This document shows positions 48,344 through 59,400 of a stretch of DNA of 64,000 nucleotides, piece after piece (positions within the stretch are counted from its first letter, which is position 1; the number at the start of each line of letters is the position of its first letter). A program made the position numbers and the translations under genes. The stretch is from Macrostomum lignano (lineage: Eukaryota). The notes under the pieces were generated by a model that worked only from the letters and a program-made list of their open reading frames with translations, was not told the DNA's origin and did not search any database. The DNA lies in assembly GCA_002269645.1 (NCBI GenBank), contig NIVC01001464.1, forward strand, positions 62,001 through 126,000, read 5' to 3'.

Positions 48344-48922
48344 ATGCATCCCTCGCTCGTCATCCTAAGCCGCCTGTCCCGGGCGCATCGGCTGCCATCC
48401 CGCCAGCCCCTCAGCCAGATTGTCCGCAGCTTCGCCGCCCCGCCTCCCGGAGGCGCCGCAGGCAAGAAGCTGAAAGGCAAAGGCGTGGCAGCGATTTCAA
48501 CCAAGAAGGAGCACCCAGTGGAAACCGATGTCAACAAACTGGCTACTCACCTGTGCATCAACTACTACGTCGACGGAGAGTACATACCATTGAAGCCGAA
48601 GGATTCTTACCCAGACTGGCTATTCGAACTCAGCACGGAGATGGAGCCGCGACCTCTGGAAGATCTCGAGCCAGACTCCGAGATCTACTGGCGTCACGTG
48701 ATTCAAGCTAAAATGAAAGACGTGTTCAAGCTTGGCAAAATGGATGGCTGGATTAAACCGGACCATGTTCACGAGACCAACCAGCTGGAGAGGTTCTATG
48801 GTGAAACCTATCACGAGGTGCTTAGTCACGAAGCTTCCAAAGTTGGATTGCCAACGAAATCTAGCAGCGCTGATCTGCTTGAAACTGCTGATGACAGGGC
48901 AGCAATCAAGCGTTTAACCTGA
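48344..48922 (+). CDS. MRPL54: Mitochondrial ribosomal protein mL54, single exon, 192 aa
   Basis: Arg/Ser/Leu-rich presequence-like N-terminus, then PVETDVNKLATHLCINYYVDGEYIPLKPKDSYPDWLFEL...LEDLEPDSEIYWR, matching the mL54 core as recalled. Confidence 0.9.
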   Translation: MHPSLVILSRLSRAHRLPSRQPLSQIVRSFAAPPPGGAAGKKLKGKGVAAISTKKEHPVETDVNKLATHLCINYYVDGEYIPLKPKDSYPDWLFELSTEMEPRPLEDLEPDSEIYWRHVIQAKMKDVFKLGKMDGWIKPDHVHETNQLERFYGETYHEVLSHEASKVGLPTKSSSADLLETADDRAAIKRLT

Positions 48923-49261
48923 AACCTGATGCAGTCAGTATCTAACTCACTGATATCTGAAGTAGTCTTTGTTCATTCAATTGTCTGCAAGTATACTGTG
49001 CAATTAAAATATAACAGCTTCCAATTACAAGCTTTTGTCATCAATTACTTTTAGTAGTCCAGTTGTGTTGTAGAACATTATAAATTTTATACACATGATA
49101 CTACAAATTCTTATCAATTAAAGTCAATGGTATGTTATGCATTGTTTAATTGTTTAATATAGGTAAATAGCAAAATATGTTTACAAAGTTTTCAGCTTAT
49201 TTTAATTGATTGTTGCTTCTAATCTATATGATAGTTTACAGAGAAACTTTCCAAAAAACCC

Positions 49262-49915
49262 ACCTAAAAATCTAAGAAGCATCCCCAGATCTCACCTAAG
49301 AATCGCTTTCAAATCTCACATCAGAATCGTCTCCAAATCTCACATGAGTATCGTCCCCAAATCTCACCTGAGAATCGTCCCCGAATCTCACCTAAGAATT
49401 GTCCCCGAATCTCACCTGAGAATCGTCCACAAATCTCACCTGAGAATCGTCCCCAAACCTCACATGAGAATCGTCGCCAAATCTCACCTAAGAGTCGTCT
49501 TTAAATCTTATCTGAGAATCGTCCCCGAATCTCACCTTGAGAATCGTTTACAAACCTCACTTGAGAATCGTCCCCAAATCTTACCTGAGAATCGTCCCCA
49601 AACCTCACATGAGAATCGTCGCCAAATCTCAACTAAGAGTCGTCTTTAAATCTTATCTGAGAATCGTCCCCAAATCTCACCTTGAGAATCGTTTACAAAC
49701 CTCACTTGAGAATCGTCCCCAAATCTTACCTGAGAATCGTCCCCAAATCTCACCTGAGAGTCGTCCTTAAATCTCACCTGAGAATCGTCCCCAAATCTCA
49801 CCTGAGAATCGTCGCTAAACCTCACCTTAGAATCGTTCCCGGACATCAACTGAGAATCGTCTATAGGTCTCAACTGAGAATCGTCCTCAAGTCTTGCCTG
49901 GGAATCGTCCGTAAC
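49262..49915. repeat. 24-bp minisatellite between MRPL54 and NUDT14 (same family as 45770-46712)
   Basis: ctgagaatcgtccccaaatctcac units in the same orientation. Confidence 0.95.
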
Positions 49916-50023
49916 GTAGTTTTATGCTAGAAATATTCTCTGAAACTATTTTAAACTACTCAAATCTTTCAGGTCAGCAAACAAAATAAGCTCGTCAATT
50001 AGGTCAAGAACGAAAGGTTTAAA

Positions 50024-50719
50024 ATGTCTTCAGACTCGGCACCGAAGCAGTTATTAACAAAGTTTGTCGTGTCCCCGCTGACCGGACCGTCGCCCTACAT
50101 CAAGCCCTACTGCGTTGAATTTGTGCTTGACGGTGTCAATCGCAAGTGGCACTGCATGCGCAACCATGATGCAGTGGTGATCATTGTGTACAACACAGAT
50201 CGCAAAGCTCTAGTGTTAGTTCGCCAATTCAGACCAGCAACTTACTTGCAACGCTGTCTAGAGACTAACGGTGGCAATCTGGAGTCCTTAATGTCAGTTG
50301 AGACTGCTCCGCCTTTGCCAGCAGAAGCTGGCGATGTACTGGAAGCCTGCGCTGGCATCGTTGACAAACCCGACAAGAGCCTAGCAGAAATTGCCGCGGA
50401 AGAAGTGCTGGAAGAGTGTGGCTATCGAGTTGAACCGGATAAACTTGAACTGGTTGGCTGCTGTCGGTCTGGTGTCGGGGTGTCTTCTGCCAAGCAGACA
50501 ATCTACTATGCTGAGGTGTCAGATTCTGTGCGAGTCAGCGAAGGCGGTGGAAACGCTGCCGAAGGTGAACGCATTGAAGTTGTACACTGGCCTGTTGACC
50601 AGATCGATGAACTGCTGCTTGGAAATGGCGGTGGCACCAGCGGTAGTTGTAATGAAATTTACATTGGTCTGCAATTCTGCCTTCTCTGGTTCAAGGTTAA
50701 CAAGATGCAGTCTTCGTAG
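50024..50719 (+). CDS. NUDT14: Nudix hydrolase, UDP-glucose pyrophosphatase NUDT14-like, single exon, 231 aa
   Basis: SPYIKP, HDAVVIIVYN, LVLVRQFRPA, EACAGIVDKP, EEVLEECGY (Nudix box), GVSSAKQTIYYAEV, GGGNAAEGERIEV. Confidence 0.92.
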   Translation: MSSDSAPKQLLTKFVVSPLTGPSPYIKPYCVEFVLDGVNRKWHCMRNHDAVVIIVYNTDRKALVLVRQFRPATYLQRCLETNGGNLESLMSVETAPPLPAEAGDVLEACAGIVDKPDKSLAEIAAEEVLEECGYRVEPDKLELVGCCRSGVGVSSAKQTIYYAEVSDSVRVSEGGGNAAEGERIEVVHWPVDQIDELLLGNGGGTSGSCNEIYIGLQFCLLWFKVNKMQSS

Positions 50720-50904
50720 CCGCCAACGTTTTTAATATAGGCTGTTAAACTGCTATTGTTTTGCAATTTGTTTATTTTTCTGTTTAAAAGTAAATTTAGA
50801 CTTTAAAAAAATTTTCTTTAGCCAAATGCCACGTAAACTTTGCAATTTGTACTTTTCGGATAAAATTTTTTGGGATTAGAATTTCATTTCAGGGACTTAG
50901 GATT

Positions 50905-51730
50905 CTTATTAGGCATCAGGGATTCTCCTTTGTTGAAGAGGGATTCTCCCTGGGCATCTGGGATTCTCCATTGTTAGTGAGGGATTCTCCCTAGGTATCT
51001 GGGATTCTCCATTGTTAGTGAGGGATTATCCGTGGGTATCTGGGATTCAAGATTATTAATGAGGGGTTCTCCCTGGGTATCTGGGATTCGTCCTGGGTAT
51101 CTGGAATTCCCTCGTGGTATCTAGGATTCCCGTTGGAAATCTGGGACTCCCTTGGTTATTTGGGATTCCCCTTGAGTATTCGGGAGTTAGCTTGGGTATC
51201 TGGGATTTCCCCTGAGTATCTGGGATTCCCCCTGGGTATCTGGCATTCCTCGTGGGTATCTGTTATTCCCCTTGGGTATCTGGGATTTCTCTTGTGTTTA
51301 GTGGGATTCCTCTTGGGTATCTGGGATTCTCTTCGATATAGTGGGATTCCTCTTGGGTATCTGGGATTCTCTTCGATATAGTGGGATTCCTCTTGGGTAT
51401 CTGGGATTCTCTTGGATATAGTGGGATTCCTCTTGGGTATCTGGGATTCTCTTCGATATAGTGGGATTCCTCTTGGGTATCTGGGATTCTCTTGGATATA
51501 GTGGGATTCCTCTTGGTATCTGGGATTCTCTTGGATATAGTGGGATTCCTCTTGGGTATCTGGGATTCCCCTTGGGTACCTGAGATTCACCTTGGGTAAA
51601 GTGGGATTCCACTTGGTATCTAGGATTCTCTTAGGTATAGTGGAATTCCCTTGGGTATCTGGGATTCCTCTTGGGTATAGTAGGAATCCTTTTGGTTATC
51701 TGGGATTTCCCTTGGGTATCTGTGATTCTC
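50905..51730. repeat. ~20/40-bp minisatellite (ctgggattcctcttgggtat)n between NUDT14 and TTC21B
   Basis: Tandem array; explains ORF calls at 51133-51612. Confidence 0.93.
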
Positions 51731-51823
51731 TAATTTCTCTAATTTTCTGTCTCCTTAGGGATCATAAATAATTCATACATATCCCCTACTGGTTGCTGCT
51801 CTCCCAGCAACCGGACAGCAACC

Positions 51824-54800
51824 ATGTCCGAAGCGGATCGCGAGTTCTTCTCCCTGGCATTCTATTATTTCCGCGAGCGCTACTGGCGTCACGTGATCAC
51901 AGCCTGCCAGGACGCCGGCAGGCGATACGGACCGGCCGACCCGCTGGTGAAGCTGTGGGAGTCCTGCGCCCTGATAGAGGAGGACCGGGTGCAGGAGGCC
52001 CTGCGGGAGTTGGAGAGCCTGAGGTCCAAGCCGGATATGAATGTGGCCGCCCTGCTGTCCATGGCTCACGCGCACCGGAAGTCGCGTCAGCCGGATCTGC
52101 AGGCCATCAAGGAATGCGAGTCGGCCATGAGAGAGGAGAGAAAGCGAGCCGGGGAGAGAGGTCTGCTGTATGGCGGGCTGGTTGTGGTGCTGCAGGACCG
52201 ACACGACAAGGCTAAGGAGTACATTGACCGGCTGCTCAAGATGAGCCCCGGATGTGTGAGTAAAATCGCAGCTGAACTGTACATGATCCCTCAATTTACA
52301 TGTACATGCTCCTTAAGAATTTACAATCCCTAAGAATGTGCAATCTATAATAATCCGTATGAGTCCCTGATGATACATGATCCCTAGGAATATGTAATGC
52401 CTGAGAATGCATCATCCTTAAGATTACATAATCCTTAAGAGTACATGATCCTTCAGAGTACATGATCCTTAAGAGTACATGATCCCTCAGAATACATAAT
52501 CCCTCAGAGTACATGATTTCTCAGAATACATAATCCTTTAGAGTACATGATCCCTCAAAATACATGATCCTTCAGAGTACATGATCCTTAAGAGTACATG
52601 ATCTTTAAGAATACATAATTCCTCAGAATGCATGATGCCTAGGAGTGCGAGAACATAATCCCTAAGAATGCATGATCATGATTCCCTAGAATACGATCCC
52701 TAAGATCCTCATTCGCACATTAATCCCGAAATCACAGGTAACCACAAATTATCCCTAAATCACACACCTGATCCCCATTCGCACCGCCCAGGTGGAAGGC
52801 CAGGCACTGCGGGGCTGGGCGGACCTGCACTCAAAAGACGAGGCTGTGCGCAAATCTGCAGGCGCCAGCTTCGACAAGGCTGTAGAAGCCAGCAACGGCC
52901 GGTTCCCGGATGCCCTGCTGGGCAAAGCGAAGAGCTTGGAGGCGCGCAGAAATTTCAGCGCCGCACTCGAGGTGGTGAATCAGCTGATTGTGGCTTTCCC
53001 GAGATTCCTGCCTGGACTGATCGAGAAAATGCGAGTGCAGTTGGAACTGCAAGACTGGGACCAGATGCTGGATACCGCATCCAGGTGCCTGGACTCCGAT
53101 CCCAGCTGCATTCCTGCTATGGAGTTCCAGCTGCTAAACTTGCTCTGCAGGGAGGGGAGCTATACTCAGGTGAGCGCGTTTGGGAGAACTAGAATTTCCT
53201 TGTTGTTTTTACGGTTTAAGTATTTTCCTGTCGTTTTGGGGAATCTTGGGATTTCCCTGTAGTTGGGAATCTTGGGATTTCCCTGTAGTTTAGGAATCTT
53301 GGGATTTCCTGTAGTTTAGGAATCTTGGGATTTCCATGTAATTTAGGAATCTTAGGATTTCCATGTAGTTTAGGAGTTTTGGGATTTCCCTGACGTTTAG
53401 AAATCTTGGGGTTTCCATTTAGTTTGTGAATCTTGGGATTTCCCTGTAGTTTTGGAATCTTGGGTTTTTCATGTAGTTTAGGAATCTTGGGATTTCCCTG
53501 TAGTTTAGGAATCTTGGGATTTCCCTGTAGTTTTGGAATCTTGGGTTTTTCATGTAGTTTAGGAATCTTAGGATTTCCCTGTAGTTTAGGAATCTTGGGA
53601 TTTCCCTGTAGTTTAGGAATCTTGGGATTTCCCTGTAGTTTAGGAATCTTGGGATTTACCTGTAGTTTAGGAATCTTGGGATTTACCTGTAGTTTAGGAA
53701 TCTTGGAATTTCCCTGTAGTTTAGGAATCTTGTTGGGATTTCCCTGTAGTTTAGGAATCTTGGGATTTCCCTGTAGTTTAGGAATATTGGGATTTCCATG
53801 TAGTTTAGGAATCTTAGGATTTCTATGTAGTTTAGGAATATTGGAATTCCCCTGTAGTTTAGGAATCTTGGGATTTCCCTGTAGTTTAGGAATCTTGTTG
53901 GGATTTCCCTGTAGTTTAGGAATCTTGGGATTTCCCTGTTGTTTGGGACTCTTGGGATTTCCATGTAGTTTAGGAATCTTGGGATTTCCTTGTAGTTTGC
54001 GAGTCTTGAAACATCCCTGATGTTTGGGAATCTTAGAATTCCCCTGTAGTTTGAGAGTCTTGGGGTTTCCCTATAGTTTAGGACTCTTGGGATTCCCCTG
54101 TTGTTTGGGACTCTTGGGATTTCCCTGTATTTTAGGAATTTTGGAATTTTACATAAAGTTTGCGAATCTTGAAACATCCCTGCCGTTTGGGAATCCTAAA
54201 ATTTCCCTGTAGTTTGAGAAGCTTGGGATTTCCCTGTAGTTTGAGAATCTTGGGAATTCCCTGTAGTTTGGGAATCTTATGATTTCTCTATTTTGAGGGA
54301 ATCTTGGGATTTCCATGTAGTTTGGGAATCTTAGTATATCCCTGTAGTTTTGATAATCTTGGGATTCCCATGTAGTTTGTGAAGGTTGGGATTTCTGTGT
54401 AGTCTAGGAATCTTGGAGTTCCACTGTAGTTTGGGAATCTTGGGATTTCCCTGTCTGGCAGTGTTATAGTTCAGGTCAATTGCTTATTATGAAGCATTGG
54501 TGCAAAGACTCGTAATTTCAAAGCATTATATAATAAGTTTGTTATCAATTCCAATCAGGCCACATCCTCAGTAAGCGATCTGCTGCAGGCCATGGACCGA
54601 TACGAGCCCAAGAATGTCTATCAGTACTCTCGACTGGCAAGCCTGTTCTCCAGAGTGGTGAGGGATTCTGAAGCCAAGTTTTTGTGTGTTTTGATTTGTT
54701 TAGTAGTTTATATTATGCCAATTAAAATCATTTTTCAGGTGCCGCCCAATAGTCTTGTAAATATTTTTGTCAATAAAAATCTGTTTTTTTATTTGAACTC

Positions 54801-56353
54801 GCAATTTTTTGTATTTGCTTTTTTGACAATCTTCCAATCTTCTATTATTTTTGCTGATTAATTTTTGTTTGATAAATTTTATTGCTTCCATCTTGTTAAA
54901 GTGACCTGCTTTAATTTAAACTATCCTGTTTAGTGCGGTTAACTAAACCCTATTAAAATCCGCCCCCGCGAAGTTGAAACCCTCCGTAAACCCACCCTGA
55001 AAAACCTCTATAAATCCGCCAATCCGCCCCTGTCGCTATCCATAAATCCGCCCCTATCACTATCCATAAATCCGCCCCTGTCACTATCCATAAATCCGCC
55101 CCTGTCACTATCCATAAATCCGCCCCTATCACTATCCATAAATCCGCCCCTGTCACTATCCATAAATCCGCCCTATCACTATTCATAAATCCGCCCTGTC
55201 ACTATCCATTAATCCGCCCCTATCACTATCCATAAATCCGCCCCTGTCACCTCATCCATAAATCCGCTCCTATCACTATCCATAAATCCGCCCCTGTCAC
55301 TATCCATAAATCCGCCCCTATCACTATCCATAAATCCGCCCCTATCACTATCCATAAATCCACCCCTATCACTATCCATAAATCCGCCCCTGTCACCTCA
55401 TTCAGAAATCCGCCCCTATCACTATCCATAAATCCGCCCCTGTCACTATCCATAAATCCGCCCCTATCACTATCCATAAATCCGCCCCTGTCACTATCCA
55501 TAAATCCACCCCTGTCACTATTCATAAATCCGCCCCTGTCACCTCATTCATAAATCCGCCCCTATCACTATCCATAAATCCGCCCCTATCACTATTCATA
55601 AATCCGCCCCTATCACTATTCATAAATCCGCCCCTGTCACTATCCATAAATCTGCCCCTGTCACTATCCATAAATCCGCCCCTATCACTATCCATAAATC
55701 CGCCCCTATCATAGTTTAGAAACAATTTCTATTCACTGTTTAAAAAATCAGCCCCTCTATCCGCCCCCCTCCCAGGCGATCCGCCAGCCCACCATCCTGC
55801 AGCAGACTGGCTACCTTCAGGAGCGAGCCCTGGCCCTGGACAAGGACAACGCGGAGCAAATCACCCGCATGGGTCACCAGCTGCTCATGCAGGCCAAAGT
55901 TCGCGATGCTATCAAAACATTTCGCCGGGCTCTGGACCAGGATGAGAGCAGTGTGACCGCCCTGCAGGGCATAATCCGCTGCCAGCTGGCTGAAGACCTG
56001 CTGCAGGAGGCCGCCTCTCAGCTGGACTTCCTCAAAGAAGTTCAGAGCAGCCTGGGATCGACCGGGGTAAGTGGAGATTTCCATTCGCGATTCTAAAATT
56101 GCTTTTGAGTTTTCGCGTGCTCAGTTCGCTTTGATTGATTGACAAAATTTTCTCGTGTCGATTTCGCTGTTCGAACAGGATTCGAGCAAGGCGGATGAAG
56201 CGGTAACTGGATGCTGGCTGGCGATTTTTTGATGCCAGATTGATATTTTATTTTTGTTTCTTTTCCTCAATTGCGTGTCTTCTGCTTTTTTGTTGGGCAG
56301 CTCTAACTGCTTCTGTCTGTTTGTCTTTCTGTCTGTCTGTCTGCCTGCCTGCC

Positions 56354-56402
<49 letters not shown>

Positions 56403-59400
56403 GCCTGCCTGTCTGTCTGTCTGTCTGTCTGCCTGTCTGTCTGTCTGTCTGTCTGTCTGCCTGTGTGTCTATCCGCCTCTATCTCCTTACTAACTGTGAA
56501 CTGTCAGTTGCACAGAAGCATTCAGCAAGTGTCACACACTTTCATTAGCAAAATCATTCGACTCATAATATAACTTTTATTCAACGACAATTTTGCTTAT
56601 TTACTGAGAATTTTTTCATGCTTTGATGTTGTTTGGTGCTTTATTAAAATATAAAGTACATGTTGAATGCGGTGCAACTACTTATAGTAGCTTGCCTTTT
56701 TGCCTCTGCTTCTTGTGATTGTCAGTGGAACTTCAGTGTCACGTGAGACATTTTCATAAGTAATTTCCTCTTTTTTAAGTAATACTGTTAAGATTTTTAT
56801 TAACTAAATTAAGAAAAAATATTTGAATGCAATTTTTATTGACTAATACTTGTAAAGAATAACCAACTACAGCTTCTGTTATTACGTGTTTACTCAAATT
56901 TCAGGACTCAGTCGCAAAGGTAATTATAGACAGAAAAATGCTCGTTTTAATCAGGTTGGGGGTCCTTGAAAAAGTGTTGTCTTCCTTGAGAGCGCTTACA
57001 TAAATAAATCATTTGCACAGTATATGTGTATTTTTCTACATCTTGTAGTACATTGTGTCCTGTTGCTTTTGTCTCTGTCAGCCTGTGTCTTCTTCCAGGT
57101 AGATAATATTGCTATGTAAACTATCATAGAATTTGAAGTCTTTTTTGAAATTATTATGCCAGCCTGTGATCTATCATCATCTATGTTTCTCTTTTATAAT
57201 TCTTAATTGTGTCATATTTTTACTAAATTACTTTAATTTTATACTCTAATTCTATTTTTAAATACTTTGTTATTTTTTAAGGATCTGAGCTTTCTATTGG
57301 CTGTGCTGGCTAGAAAGCGAGGTGCTCCGCCTAATAAAATGCTGGCTCACCTGGATGATGCAATTCAGCAGCATTTTGCCAGCTTCAAGGTGAGGCTTTA
57401 AATTTTAGAATGTACAGTCGCTGTTGAGAATTCCCTGGATTTATAAGTGCACATAAGCAGTATTCCCTTGAATTTCCCAGTGTACTCGTACATTATAGGA
57501 ATTCCCTGGGATTTCCCAGTGTACATTATAGGGATTTCCTTGGATTTCCCAGTGTACATTATAGGAATTCCCTAGGATTTCCCTGTGTAAAGTTTAGGGA
57601 TTCCACCACAGGATTTCCGGGTGTACGATATATGGGATTCCCTGGGACTTCAAAGTTGACAGTTATAAGAATTCCCTAGATTTCCCAGGGGAATTTCCCT
57701 GTATACAGTAGGGATTCTAGTGCGGAATTGCAGTGCGGAAATTAGCGTCAATTAGTCTTTTTAGGTCGTCATCAATTTTTTTATTTTACAGTCCCCTACT
57801 TGACATCCCCACCTGCAGGGCCTGGCTCTCGGCCCGGACTACTATCACTCTCTCAACCCGGACTTCCTCATCCAACTGGTGCACGAGTATCTGGTCCACG
57901 CGCCTCAGAAGCCGTCAGCAGCTGGTGGCGGTCAAGTGATCGATCCGGTTCTGCGCCGGTGCACCCAACTGCTGGACCCGCTGACCAGAGCAATGCCCGG
58001 CCTGCTGGAGGCTCTGTACCAGATGGCCAAGATCCGCTACCTGCTGGGCGACAATGAGTCAGCTCTGGCCAAGCTGGAGACTTGCATCGACAATGACCCG
58101 GCGTTCAGTGCCGCATTCCTGTTGAAAGCCCAGATCCTGGTGCACCAGGGTAACCTGAGACTTGCCGAGCAGGCACTGGACAATGCACTGAGTCACAATT
58201 TCGAAGTTCGAGAGTCGCCTCTGTATCATCTGACATTGGCCAGGGTGTTGAAAGGCCAGAAACGGCTTGATGAAGCTATCCAGAGTCTGCAAGCCGCTGT
58301 TAAACTGATTAGCAGTGCTCAGCAGGTAAACTAAATGAGAATATGTGGTACTATTTAGCGTGAATGTAGCAGTAGTATAAGTGACTATTGGCAGAGATCT
58401 CTGCTCAGTTCATGTGTACTTACAGGGAATTCCCTAGCTTTCATGCGTACACTAAGGAAATTCTCTACATTTATCTGAACAGTTGGGCACAGTTGGGGAA
58501 TCCCTCAGAGTCATGTACAGATAGGGTATCCAATTAGATTCATGTATTTATGTACAGTAAAGGAATTCCCTAGATCCCAATGTACAGTGAGGGAATTCCC
58601 TTAGATTCAAATTTACAGTGAGGCAATTCCCTTAGATTCAACTGTACAGTGAGGGGACCCCATTAGATCCAAATGTACAGTAAGGGAATTCCCTAGCTTC
58701 AAATATACGGCGAGGGAATTTCCTTAGATTCAAATGTACAGTGGCAGAATTCCCTTAGATTCAAATGTACAGTGGGGCAATTCCCTTAGATTCAAATGTA
58801 CAGTGGGGCAATTCCCTTAGATTCAAATGTACAGTAGCAGAATTCCCTTAGATTCAAATGTACAGTGAGGGAAAACTCTAGATTCACATATGCGGTGGGG
58901 AATTCCCTAAAGTAAAGTTTACAGTAAAGGAATTCCTTAGATTTAAATGTACAGTGAGGGAATTCCCTTAGATTCAAATGTACAGTGAGGGAATTCCCTA
59001 TAAATTCAAATATACATCAAAGGAATTCCTTAGCTACGCAATTAACCCCAGATTTTCCAGACTCCACTCAAGCATCATCATACCTATCTTAAATAAAATA
59101 TCTCGCACCACTAGGCGGCCGCTAAGAAGGGCGCTCAGCAACAGCAGCAGCAGCAGTCGCAGCAATCTCAACAGATGACCAGCGCCGATAGACTCAGCGT
59201 CTACTTAGAGCTCGCCGAGGTGTACCGCCTCGCCGATCGGCCTCACGAAGCCACCAAAGTGCTGCAAGATGCTCAGAACGATTTCGCTGGCAGTCCTGAG
59301 GAGGTCCGCGTCACCATCAGCAACGCTGACTTGGCCCTGCAGCGAGGCGACATTGAGATGGCGCTGGGCACCCTGCGGACCGTCACGCCTGACCAGGCCT

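Noticed and set aside
51792-51822. RFX X-box at the TTC21B start (GTTGCT...AGCAAC)
   Set aside because: The half-sites are 8 bp apart (X-boxes have 0-3) and lie downstream of the likely acceptor.
53235-59035. Clusters of NF-kB consensus sites (GGGATTTCCC, GGGAATTCCC) in TTC21B introns
   Set aside because: They are a by-product of the minisatellite units; there is no evidence of function, and the presence of NF-kB in this lineage is uncertain.
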